A DNA stretch of 64,000 bases from an uncultured Rikenella sp. (lineage in GTDB: Bacteria; Bacteroidota; Bacteroidia; Bacteroidales; VadinHA17): contig CAZWOC010000016.1 of assembly GCA_964635655.1 (NCBI GenBank), forward strand, positions 28,120 to 92,119, read 5' to 3'. The notes below the pieces were generated by a model, which searched no databases, was not told the origin of the DNA, and saw nothing but the letters and a program-made list of their open reading frames with translations. The position numbers were made by a program, and so were the translations under genes. Below, piece after piece: positions 1 to 10,947 of the stretch. The first letter of the stretch is position 1, and each line of letters begins with the position of its first letter.

Positions 1-179
1 TCTCTGTGTTGATAAAATGAAGTTTAAGGAAGATTCCACGAGGCATTATAATTGTATTTTTACGACTGATGAAACTGCGCCGGAATATCTGCGCAAAGCG
101 TTGTTGGTAAATAAATTATCTGCAGGATTAACCTGGAGTCGAATTTTTATTTCAGGCAGCTTTAGGAAAGGATGAATAT

Positions 180-3100
180 ATGAACAGAAAGATATTAACG
201 GTCATTATGGTTTCTTTCATTGCCGCCGGAGCGGTTGTGAAAGGACAGGTTTCGTTTTCCGGGGAAGAGATAACCTCCCTGCTGAACAACGGTTATGATA
301 TGTTTGGCAAGGCAAAATATGCAGCTGCAATCGGACTTTTTGACAAGTGGCTGGATACTGAGAAGACCGGCAACAGGCTTCAGAGAGCAGATGCGGAGTA
401 CCATGCCGCACTTGCATCGATGCGGATTACGGCTCCTGATGCCGAATACAGGATGCATAGGTTTATCAGCGCGAATGCCGAAAGTCCCATGCTCAACCAG
501 GCCCGGTTCGAATCAGGCCGCTTCTGCTATCAGCAGCGCAATTACTCATGCGCCATAGAATGGTTCGAACAGACTGACCGCAACATGCTGTCAGAGAAGG
601 AACTCCCCGAATACCTTTTCAAACTGGGATACTCACACTACCGAAGGGGTGATTCGAAGAGGGCCCAGATGCTTTTTGCCGAACTGACCGATGTCGACAC
701 CGATTACACTCCGCCGGCCATCTATTACTATTCGGCAATCGCCTACGAAAACGGTTTTTACAAAACCGCACTGGAAGGGTTTGAACGGCTTAAGGGTGAT
801 GAGACATTCGGAAGCATTGTTCCTTTTTACATAACCCAGATCTATTACCTCGACAAGAACTATGACGGGATACTCGAGATGGCTCCTGCTCTCATCGATC
901 ATGCGGGGAAGACCAGGGAGACTGAGCTGTACCGCTTCATTGGCGATGCTCATTTCCAGAAGGGCAATTACACTGAAGCCATTCCGTACCTTGAGAAATT
1001 CATTAAAGACACCAGGCTCAGCGACAGGAACGACAAGTATGAGCTGGCTTACAGCTATTACCAGACAGGGGCCACGGAGCAGGCCGCCAGACTGTTCAAC
1101 GAGGTGGTCGGAAGAAGTGACATCCTGACGCAGAATGCATATTACATGCTCGGTTCATGCTATCTGAAGGCCGGTGAAAAGAAGAAGGCGCAGATGGCTT
1201 TCTCGGCAGCGGCCGGCATGAACTATGACCCTGATGTGCAGGAAGAGGCGCTCTTCAACTTTGCCAAACTGGCTTATGAGAATTCTTACGCTCCTTTTGG
1301 CGAAGGCATCGACGCACTTCACAATTACATCCGTACATACCCGAATTCAGAGCATGTGTCTGAAGCATATGACTACCTGATCTCCGCATATATGAGGCTG
1401 AAGAACTACCAGGCGGCACTCAATTCACTTGAAAAGATCAGCAGCAAGGACGAAAGGCTGAAGGAGGCATACCAGAAAGTGACATATTTCCGCGGTATTG
1501 AACAGTTCAGGAACAAACAGTATTCAGATGCTGTGTCAATGTTCGGCAAATCACTTACATACAGGGAAAAGAATCCTGATCTGCATGCCCGTGCACTCTA
1601 TTGGAGAGGTGAAGCGAACTACCGCACCGGGAATAACGATGCAGCAGTCGCCGACTGGGAGACCTTCAGGAAACTGCCGGGAGCATCATCCATGGCTGAG
1701 TATGACCTTATCGACTATAACCTCGGTTACGTCTGGTACAACTCGGGAGAATACCAGAAAGCATTGCCGTATTTCATGGCATATGTCAACAAGGCTGACC
1801 GCAGGGAGAAACCTGACATGGTCATCGATGCACAAAACCGGATAGCCGACTGTTATTACATCAGGGCTGATTATGCCTCGGCAATATCTTATTATGACAG
1901 GGTGATCGATTACTGCAAGACCGATGCTGATTATGCAATGTTTCAGAAGGGATTTGCGCAGGGTCTCAGCAGTGATAACCAGGCCAAGATCACGACCCTC
2001 ACCGGGTTGATTAACAAGTTTCCTAAATCAGCGTATGTCCCGAACGCACTGTTTGAGAGGGGCAGGGCATATGTGGCGCTTGATCAGCCGGCCAGGGGAG
2101 AGGCTGACTTTACAAATATTATCGCATGGTACACCGGCAGCCAGTTTGTTCCGCCGGCAATAGTACAGCTGGGACTTATCTACTATAACGCAGGAGAAAA
2201 TGAGAAAGCTGTCGCTCAGTTCAAGAAGGTAATTGAGAACTACAGAGACACCCCGGAAGCACGAAACGCTGTAAACGGTCTCAGGAACGCCTATACGGAG
2301 ATGGATGATGTGGAGTCTTTCTTCGCATATATGAAGAATGTGGAAGGGATGGGAGATATCGAGGCCTCTACCCGTGACTCCATGCTTTACATCTCAGGAG
2401 AGAACCAGTACGTCAAGGGAAACTGTGACAGATCTTCAGAAATATTCAGGAACTACCTTAATGAGTTTCCTGCAGGGAGTTTTGCGACCAACGCCAGGTT
2501 TTATCTTGCTGATTGTCTCAACAGGTCAGGCAAGTCAGACGAGGCTCTTGATCTTTACCTGAAGGTTGTGAGCGTCGGGAACAACCAGTTTATGGAACAG
2601 TCGTTGCTCGGTGCCGCTTCTATCACCTTCGGGAAGAAGGATTATCGCGGTGCCTGGATGCTTTATGAGCGGTTGGGAAGTGAGGCCTCCAGCCCCGAGA
2701 ACCGGCTTTATGCATATATGGGAATGATGCGTTCAGCCTCTTTCCTGGAGGAAGACGGTAATGTTATTGCCTCAGCGGAACTGGTTCTGGGTTCGGAAAA
2801 GCTGACTGAAGACCTGGCCCGTGAGGCTACCTTCCTGACGGCAAAGGCAAATCAGCGTCTGGGCAATGATGCCGAAGCCCTGGATGACTATCGCCGGGTG
2901 GCACAGGAGGTTGCCACCGTCTACGGGGCTGAGTCCAAGTACCGTGTTGCAGAACTCCTGTGGATCTCAGGCGATATCACCGGTGCAGAGAAAGAGGCCA
3001 ACCAGTTTGTTGACATGAGTTCACCCCATGCTTACTGGACAGGCAAGACCTTCCTGCTGCTCTCTGACATAGCAGTAAAGAAGGGAGATACCTTCCAGGC

Positions 3101-3227
3101 CAGGGCCACGCTGCAAAGCCTGATTGACTACTACACTGTCAGCAATGACGGCATTGTTGACGAAGCAAAGGCCAAACTGGCGGCCCTTACGGCAGGACAA
3201 CCTTCAGAAACTGAACCGGCAAACTGA
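180..3227 (+). CDS. Large tetratricopeptide-repeat (TPR) protein with N-terminal signal/anchor segment
   Basis: Uninterrupted 1015-aa ORF with an N-terminal hydrophobic stretch (ILTVIMVSFIAAGAVV). TPR-like helical units recur throughout, e.g. YLFKLGYSHYRRGDSKRAQMLF, ALYWRGEANYRTGNNDAAVADW, LGLIYYNAGENEKAVAQF. Specific function cannot be inferred. Confidence 0.8.
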   Translation: MNRKILTVIMVSFIAAGAVVKGQVSFSGEEITSLLNNGYDMFGKAKYAAAIGLFDKWLDTEKTGNRLQRADAEYHAALASMRITAPDAEYRMHRFISANAESPMLNQARFESGRFCYQQRNYSCAIEWFEQTDRNMLSEKELPEYLFKLGYSHYRRGDSKRAQMLFAELTDVDTDYTPPAIYYYSAIAYENGFYKTALEGFERLKGDETFGSIVPFYITQIYYLDKNYDGILEMAPALIDHAGKTRETELYRFIGDAHFQKGNYTEAIPYLEKFIKDTRLSDRNDKYELAYSYYQTGATEQAARLFNEVVGRSDILTQNAYYMLGSCYLKAGEKKKAQMAFSAAAGMNYDPDVQEEALFNFAKLAYENSYAPFGEGIDALHNYIRTYPNSEHVSEAYDYLISAYMRLKNYQAALNSLEKISSKDERLKEAYQKVTYFRGIEQFRNKQYSDAVSMFGKSLTYREKNPDLHARALYWRGEANYRTGNNDAAVADWETFRKLPGASSMAEYDLIDYNLGYVWYNSGEYQKALPYFMAYVNKADRREKPDMVIDAQNRIADCYYIRADYASAISYYDRVIDYCKTDADYAMFQKGFAQGLSSDNQAKITTLTGLINKFPKSAYVPNALFERGRAYVALDQPARGEADFTNIIAWYTGSQFVPPAIVQLGLIYYNAGENEKAVAQFKKVIENYRDTPEARNAVNGLRNAYTEMDDVESFFAYMKNVEGMGDIEASTRDSMLYISGENQYVKGNCDRSSEIFRNYLNEFPAGSFATNARFYLADCLNRSGKSDEALDLYLKVVSVGNNQFMEQSLLGAASITFGKKDYRGAWMLYERLGSEASSPENRLYAYMGMMRSASFLEEDGNVIASAELVLGSEKLTEDLAREATFLTAKANQRLGNDAEALDDYRRVAQEVATVYGAESKYRVAELLWISGDITGAEKEANQFVDMSSPHAYWTGKTFLLLSDIAVKKGDTFQARATLQSLIDYYTVSNDGIVDEAKAKLAALTAGQPSETEPAN

Positions 3228-3249
3228 TTTCATTGTACAGTACAACGAG

Positions 3250-4950
3250 ATGAAGAAGATGAGAGTAAAGTATTTTATGACGGCAGCGGCTCTGCTTTTT
3301 GCACTGACAACCGCCGCCCAGACAGAGGATGAGTCGATAAAAAGAACAGTCACCCTCTATAATCCGTACAAGCCGACTCTTCATGAGGTAACCAAACGGG
3401 CAATGCTTCCGGCAGATGATGACACCGCAACGGTAAACATCAGATTCAACTACGACTTCACTCCGGGCTCTTTCGTTCCGGAATACGAAGTCAGTCCGAT
3501 CAAATCGGCGGTACTTACACCTGAACCTCTGCCGGAGCTTAAAAAAGGATATGTCAGCCTCGGATTAGGCACCTATCTCTCGCCTTTCCTGGAGGTGAGT
3601 ATCTCAAACGGGAGGTCTGCAAAAGGCACTGTCGGCCTCTTTACACGTACATACGGATCGGCAGGCAAGATAGAACTGGAAAATGACAGGAGGGTTCATG
3701 CCGGGTACCTGGACAACCAGGCACTGTTATACGGCAAGAATTACTTCAGGAAAAGCAGGCTGGATTCTGACATAGATTTCAGACAGATGACACGTCACGC
3801 TTACGGGTACAATCCTGATGTCACCGGGTATGACCCGGATAAAAAAGATATCAGATCACTCTATTATGATGTGACCGGGAAGGTCAGGTACTTTACGATG
3901 GAGCCTGACTCAAGTGATCTCAACTGGGACGCCACCCTGAAGTATAACATGTTTACAAGGAAAGGTGACGGGCTGCAGCATAACCCGGGCCTTGCTTTAA
4001 GCGCCGGAACAGAAATGTTCGGGATGTATGCAGGAGTTAACGCAGGGTATGATCTGTATCTCTTTTCAAAGGATATTGACACAAAATCAAGAAGTCTGCT
4101 GACCCTCGCTCCGTATGTCACGAAGGGCAACGAGGAATGGCGGTTCCGGTTCGGGCTGAAGATGGCTGCCGATATCAAGGAGAATCATGATCCCCTCGTA
4201 GGCGGGGATAAAAAGCTTTACATGCATTTTTATCCTGATGCGATGTTTACATTCAGGATAATCCCGAAGTTCATGAGGTTCACTGCAGCTATCGACGGTT
4301 CACTTGAAAACAACCAGGCCCGGAATACTGCCTATCTCAATCCATGGATGCTGCCAGGCGACACATTGTACAATCTCCGCAGTACTGACAACGAACTCCG
4401 CATTTCAGCCGGATTGTCGGGTTCTGTGAATGTAAATTCATCATACGCTTTCGATGTCAGCTACACCCTCTTCAAGGATATGCTTCTCTTTATGAATGAC
4501 ACTCTGGGCTACGGCAACTACTTCGTGCCTGTATATTCAGACGGAAGCCTCCTTAAGGTGCACGGCGAAATCTCCGTCCCGCTGAACTCCCAGCTTACCC
4601 TGTCCCTGCTTGGAAACTGGTACGGATATGACATGTCAGGCCAGGAGCATGCATGGCACAAGCCTGGCTGGGACGGTACGGCAAAAGGTTCATATAACCT
4701 GAGGAACAAGATCGTCGCTTCTGCTGAACTTACATTTACCGGGGAAAGATATGCAAGGGTAATGGCACCTGAAGAAACAGTAAAACTGCCATTCCACCCC
4801 AACCTCAATATGGGTGTTGAATACAGGTATACACCCGAAATATCCTTCTGGATAAAGTGCAACAACATTTCCTACAACAGGTATTTTGAATGGAACTATT
4901 ACCCTTCAAGGAATTTCATGCTCCTTGGCGGAATTTCATACAGTCTGTGA
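3250..4950 (+). CDS. Putative outer-membrane beta-barrel protein (unknown family)
   Basis: The ORF-track frame starts at 3124, but the ATG at 3250 gives a classic signal peptide (MKKMRVKYFMTAAALLFALTTAAQ). The rest is rich in alternating aromatic/polar beta-strand patterns with Y/G/N/D turns. It lies 22 nt after the TPR gene, so it is probably co-transcribed. Confidence 0.7.
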   Translation: MKKMRVKYFMTAAALLFALTTAAQTEDESIKRTVTLYNPYKPTLHEVTKRAMLPADDDTATVNIRFNYDFTPGSFVPEYEVSPIKSAVLTPEPLPELKKGYVSLGLGTYLSPFLEVSISNGRSAKGTVGLFTRTYGSAGKIELENDRRVHAGYLDNQALLYGKNYFRKSRLDSDIDFRQMTRHAYGYNPDVTGYDPDKKDIRSLYYDVTGKVRYFTMEPDSSDLNWDATLKYNMFTRKGDGLQHNPGLALSAGTEMFGMYAGVNAGYDLYLFSKDIDTKSRSLLTLAPYVTKGNEEWRFRFGLKMAADIKENHDPLVGGDKKLYMHFYPDAMFTFRIIPKFMRFTAAIDGSLENNQARNTAYLNPWMLPGDTLYNLRSTDNELRISAGLSGSVNVNSSYAFDVSYTLFKDMLLFMNDTLGYGNYFVPVYSDGSLLKVHGEISVPLNSQLTLSLLGNWYGYDMSGQEHAWHKPGWDGTAKGSYNLRNKIVASAELTFTGERYARVMAPEETVKLPFHPNLNMGVEYRYTPEISFWIKCNNISYNRYFEWNYYPSRNFMLLGGISYSL

Positions 4951-5029
4951 GGTTACCGAAACATTGAAAATTGTTCATAATTTCTTATGATTTGTTGCCT
5001 TTTTTCAGGGCAAAACCGGCATATTTTAC

Positions 5030-5037
5030 TACCTTTG
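5030..5037 (+). promoter_or_regulatory. Candidate Bacteroidetes -7 promoter element (TACCTTTG) upstream of gyrB
   Basis: Exact match to the TAnnTTTG consensus, 69 nt upstream of the gyrB ATG. No convincingly spaced -33 TTTG was found. Confidence 0.4.
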
Positions 5038-5081
5038 TGTGATTTTATAAAAAACATATTATCAGGCTGTTAATAGTATAA

Positions 5082-7085
<2,004 letters not shown>

Positions 7086-7088
<3 letters not shown>

Positions 7089-7134
7089 GCAGGCGGTAGA
7101 CAGCAGGCAATAGGCAGCAGGCAACAGGCAGAGG
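7086..7134. repeat. Degenerate tandem heptamer array (GCARYAG-like, about 7 units) starting at the gyrB stop codon
   Basis: Read in 7-nt register: taggcag gcggtag acagcag gcaatag gcagcag gcaacag gcagagg. The short direct echoes ggcagagg and gcaatagg recur at 7188-7195 and 7207-7214. Confidence 0.7.
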
Positions 7135-7218
7135 TGAAGCATCTGCTCTGTTATGGGGATGAAGTTCAGGGGAGTAGCCATATTGCGGCAGAGGCAATAA
7201 GAAAACGCAATAGGTAAA

Positions 7219-8661
7219 ATGTCACAAAGCGGCCAGCCCTCCTTCAGGAAGAGTCTCACCCTTATTGACTCCTCTGCTCTGATCATAGGCTCGATGATCG
7301 GTTCGGGAATATTCATCGTAAGTGCTGATATGTCAAGAATCCTCGGTTCTCCGGGCTGGCTCCTTGTTGCCTGGCTGATCACAGGCTTCATGACAATAAT
7401 GGGAGCCCTGAACTTCGGCGAACTGGCCGCCATGATGCCAAAGGCCGGAGGTACTTACGTCTATCTGCGCGAAGCTTATAACCCCCTTACCGGATTCCTT
7501 TACGGATGGACTCTCTTCATGGTTATACAGACCGGAACCATTGCAGCTGTGGCTATGGCATTCGGGAAATTTTTCGGAGTCATCATTCCATGGATCAATG
7601 AATCAAACATACTTTTCCGGTTCGGGCCGGTAAAATTCTCTTCAGTGCACCTGGTGGCAATCGGGTCACTCGCCCTGCTGACGTGGATAAACTCCAGGGG
7701 CATCCGGACAGGCAAACATGTCCAGAATGCGTTCACCTTTACAAAAGTGCTCATACTACTGATGCTGCTGGTGGCAGGTTTCATCTTTGCCGGGTCGGAA
7801 GGCATACGTGCCAATTCAGAATATTTCTGGCAGGCAGCATCACTGGACAGAGACACCGGGCTGGTCAGCCCGATCACAGGGGGAATGATCGTCGTTGCCC
7901 TGGCCATGGCAATGGTAGGTTCGCTGTTCACCTGCGATGCATGGACAAACGTTACATTTGCTTCGGCAGAGGTTGTAAATCCGAAACGGACACTGCCACT
8001 AAGTCTCTTCTGGGGAACTCTCATCGCCTTCACCCTTTTCTTTCTTACAAATATCGTTTACATCAAGGTGCTGCCGCTTCGCGGGATGCCTGACGGTGCA
8101 GAAGTGATCGAAAGAGGAATGGCCTTTGCCGTCAATGACCGTCTCGGGACTGCCACAATCTCATCAATCTTCGGAGATTATGCGGCCGTCATCATGGCCG
8201 TACTCATTGTAATTTCAACATTCGGATGCAATAACGGACTGATCCTGTCGGGAGCCAGGGTTTACTATGCAATGGCTGCCGACAGGCTCTTTTTCCGGCA
8301 GGCCGGAAGACTCAATCAAAAGTCCGTGCCTGGCAACGGGCTGTGGATACAGTTCGTATGGGCTTCACTGCTGTGCCTTACGGGGTCATACTCCCAACTA
8401 CTTGATTACGTTGTATTTGCAGTACTTCTTTTTTATGTTCTCACTATACTCGCAATTTTTGTACTGCGCATCAGGAAGCCGGATGCAGAAAGGCCGTACA
8501 AAGCCTTCGGATACCCGTTCATTCCGGCATTATACATACTGATGGCTGCCACGATAATGATCATACTGCTTATTTACAAACCTGCTTTCACCTGGCCCGG
8601 GCTCATAATAGTCATTATCGGGATACCCGTATACTATATATGGCGACGGTTAAACAAATAA
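7219..8661 (+). CDS. Amino acid permease (APC superfamily transporter)
   Basis: 480 aa with about 12 hydrophobic segments. It has an N-terminal GSGIF-type motif (LIIGSMIGSGIFIVSADM) and overall APC-like organisation. Confidence 0.85.
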   Translation: MSQSGQPSFRKSLTLIDSSALIIGSMIGSGIFIVSADMSRILGSPGWLLVAWLITGFMTIMGALNFGELAAMMPKAGGTYVYLREAYNPLTGFLYGWTLFMVIQTGTIAAVAMAFGKFFGVIIPWINESNILFRFGPVKFSSVHLVAIGSLALLTWINSRGIRTGKHVQNAFTFTKVLILLMLLVAGFIFAGSEGIRANSEYFWQAASLDRDTGLVSPITGGMIVVALAMAMVGSLFTCDAWTNVTFASAEVVNPKRTLPLSLFWGTLIAFTLFFLTNIVYIKVLPLRGMPDGAEVIERGMAFAVNDRLGTATISSIFGDYAAVIMAVLIVISTFGCNNGLILSGARVYYAMAADRLFFRQAGRLNQKSVPGNGLWIQFVWASLLCLTGSYSQLLDYVVFAVLLFYVLTILAIFVLRIRKPDAERPYKAFGYPFIPALYILMAATIMIILLIYKPAFTWPGLIIVIIGIPVYYIWRRLNK

Positions 8662-8679
8662 TTCAATATTCAGTCAGAA

Positions 8680-9603
8680 ATGCTACAGAACGACAACAAA
8701 ACCGGAGGAGAATCGACTAACCTCAGAACACTAAACCCAGTCACAGACTGGATCATCCGCCTTCTGAAAGGAACACTCGTAGGAATAGGTGCAATACTGC
8801 CCGGATTGTCGGGGGGAGTGCTTGCTGTAATTTTCGGCATATATGAACCATTGCTGAAATTTCTTGCAGATATAAGAAAAGACTTTGTTAAGAACGTGTT
8901 GTTTCTCATCCCCGTCGTGATAGGAGTGGCATTCGGTATATTCCTTTTTGCCATTGTGGTTGAAAAGGCATTTGGGAAGTATGCCGCAGCTTTTGTCTGT
9001 CTTTTTATCGGGTTCGTCATCGGTACATTTCCGTCTCTATATAAGACAGCAGGCAAGCAGGGAAGGAGCAGAAAGGATATTGTAATTCTGATCATATCCG
9101 CACTGGCCATATTTGCCCTGATGATGATCGGCGAGCGGCAACTGGTTGACGTTGCGCCGGGTATAGCTGCCTGGTTTGGTTCCGGATCTCTGATTGGCCT
9201 GGGATTGATTGTTCCCGGAATGAGTCCTTCAAATTTCCTGATCTATTTCGGCCTTTATGATAAGATGGCTGCAGGTATACATGATCTCGATATGACAGTT
9301 ATAATCCCCCTCACCCTGGGAGTGATTGCCTGCATTCTGCTGTTTGCAAAGCTTGCTGCCTGGCTTTTCAGAAGGTATTATTCAGGGATGTATCATTTTA
9401 TCCTTGGGATGGTGCTTGGTTCATCAATTGCAATATTCCCGGCAATAGTGTTCCCGGCTTTTGGTGCTGAAAGTCTGTCAGCTTCAGGGCTAAGCTATGG
9501 CGGTACTGTTGTCTTCTGCCTTTTAATGCTGGCTGCCGGCTCCATAGCATCGTGGCTGTTCAGCAAGGTGGAGGAAAAGTATCCGAGGGAGGATCTTTTT
9601 TAA
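8680..9603 (+). CDS. DUF368-family integral membrane protein (family implicated in polyprenyl-phosphate recycling)
   Basis: The motif ILPGLSGGVLAVIFGIYEPLL matches the remembered DUF368 signature PGVSGGT..GIY..L. A second half-repeat is present (IVPGMSPSNFLIYFGLYD). The protein is polytopic. Confidence 0.75.
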   Translation: MLQNDNKTGGESTNLRTLNPVTDWIIRLLKGTLVGIGAILPGLSGGVLAVIFGIYEPLLKFLADIRKDFVKNVLFLIPVVIGVAFGIFLFAIVVEKAFGKYAAAFVCLFIGFVIGTFPSLYKTAGKQGRSRKDIVILIISALAIFALMMIGERQLVDVAPGIAAWFGSGSLIGLGLIVPGMSPSNFLIYFGLYDKMAAGIHDLDMTVIIPLTLGVIACILLFAKLAAWLFRRYYSGMYHFILGMVLGSSIAIFPAIVFPAFGAESLSASGLSYGGTVVFCLLMLAAGSIASWLFSKVEEKYPREDLF

Positions 9604-9660
9604 GCCGGGTAAGGCCCCTGGCATAAAACCTTAATATGACCCCGGGGAAGCAGGAGAGAC

Positions 9661-10947
9661 CTACTCGGTCAGCTCGCCTGCCAGCAGACGCAATCCTATT
9701 TCCGATATTTTTGCCTGGTAGAGTGCTGTAAGTCTCCTGTTTATTGCGTTCAGGTAGTTCCTCTGGTATTCCCTGAATTCAAGTCCTGACAATGAGCCGA
9801 GGCGGTAACGCTCCATCGCAATTTCAAGTGAAGCCCTGGCTACTTCGGCGCTCTGGGTCTCAAAATCAGTGACAATAATATTATTGCGGTATGTATTGTA
9901 CAGCAGGTCAAGTTCGCCGAGTATTTCATTTTCGATGTCAAGGTATGACAGTCTGCTGCTTTCGGCTTCGATCTTCGCGTTTGCCATCCGGCGGTTGTTC
10001 TCCAGCCCTGTGAAAATGTTCCATGAAAGATTGAATCCCCAGTTCAGGCCGTTTGTCTGGCTGTATGACGATGCCTCCCAGGGATACTCGTTGCGGGACA
10101 GGTTGTATCCGGTGCTGAAGCTTATAGTGGGATATCTGTCGGCACGTACCAGTTCGATGTCATACTGAGAGATACGCTCTCCCTGGCGGGCCAGTATCAA
10201 CTGGTTGTTGCAGGCGAGGGTACGCTGGCGGAGTGAATCAATATCAATCGCAGGAGCCATCATGATTGTGTCATTGACGTTGAAATTGATCTCATGCCCG
10301 GCATTGAGCAGGTTAGTCATCCGGATATAGGCACTGATGACAGTCTCCTGCTGTGAAAGAACAGCTGAGCTGTCAGCATTGAGGTCTATTCTTGCCTGCT
10401 GCAGGTCAAGCCCTGATATCACCCCCAGGAGGTATTTTTCCTCGGCGTTTTCATATCTTGCCCGCGACAGAGCCAGGGATGTAAGTGCCGATTCCATCCT
10501 GTTCTGCTGCACAATAATGTTATAATATTCCGAGCAGACCCGCATGATCAGGTTTTCGACGTTGATTTTCACTCTCTGGCTGCTCATTGCCAGCAACTCC
10601 TTTTGTCTGCTGTAGTCTGTGAACATCCCGAATCCGTCAAAAAGTCTCCAGTTCAGTGACAATCCGGCATTATAAGCGTTGGTCCTGGTTTTGTCAGTAC
10701 CGGTTGCGGAAGAGGCGGTATTATTTGTTGTCTGTGACTGCCGGCCCGTCCCTGTCAGAGTCGGAAGGAACGGGCTGATTGACACATTGTTATCTGCGAT
10801 TGTCTCGTCGTTCCTGCTGATTTTGAGTGAATAGTTGTTCTCAAGGGCCTGCATTATTGCCTCATCGAGGGTCATTGTCTTCTGTGCCCCGGCTGCCAGG
10901 GGAAGTATGAACAGTAGTATTATTGATTTAATCCTGAGGTTGCTCAT
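9661..10947 (-). CDS. TolC-family outer-membrane efflux protein (last gene of the RND operon)
   Basis: The ATG at 10947 gives the signal peptide MSNLRIKSIILLFILPLAAGAQ; the ORF-track start at 11046 lies inside the pump gene. The sequence has a two-fold repeated OEP-like coiled pattern. It overlaps the pump stop codon by 20 nt. Confidence 0.85.
   Translation of the reverse strand: MSNLRIKSIILLFILPLAAGAQKTMTLDEAIMQALENNYSLKISRNDETIADNNVSISPFLPTLTGTGRQSQTTNNTASSATGTDKTRTNAYNAGLSLNWRLFDGFGMFTDYSRQKELLAMSSQRVKINVENLIMRVCSEYYNIIVQQNRMESALTSLALSRARYENAEEKYLLGVISGLDLQQARIDLNADSSAVLSQQETVISAYIRMTNLLNAGHEINFNVNDTIMMAPAIDIDSLRQRTLACNNQLILARQGERISQYDIELVRADRYPTISFSTGYNLSRNEYPWEASSYSQTNGLNWGFNLSWNIFTGLENNRRMANAKIEAESSRLSYLDIENEILGELDLLYNTYRNNIIVTDFETQSAEVARASLEIAMERYRLGSLSGLEFREYQRNYLNAINRRLTALYQAKISEIGLRLLAGELTE

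Noticed and set aside
2-175. Open frame running off the left edge (…EYLRKALLVNKLSAGLTWSRIFISGSFRKG*), possibly the 3' end of an upstream gene
   Set aside because: Only 58 codons are visible, with no recognisable motif. It could equally be non-coding leader of the TPR gene, so it is not reported as a feature.
3124-3249. 5' extensions of ORF-track frames: 3124 (OMP), 25581 (uvrB), 11046 (TolC-like), 44071 (anti-sigma-like), 45041 (DUF4252), 33203 (trxB), 54721 (DUF819-like), 32377 (DUF362 partner), 29414 (SiaC-like)
   Set aside because: In each case an internal ATG yields a canonical N-terminus (a signal peptide, or the conserved family start). The extension either overlaps the upstream gene or contains a TAnnTTTG promoter element, so shorter coordinates were used.
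9604-9660. Expected terminator hairpin between the convergent DUF368 and TolC-like genes
   Set aside because: Only a self-complementary CCCCGGGG octamer and weak pairings were found. There is no convincing stem plus T-tract, so nothing was called.
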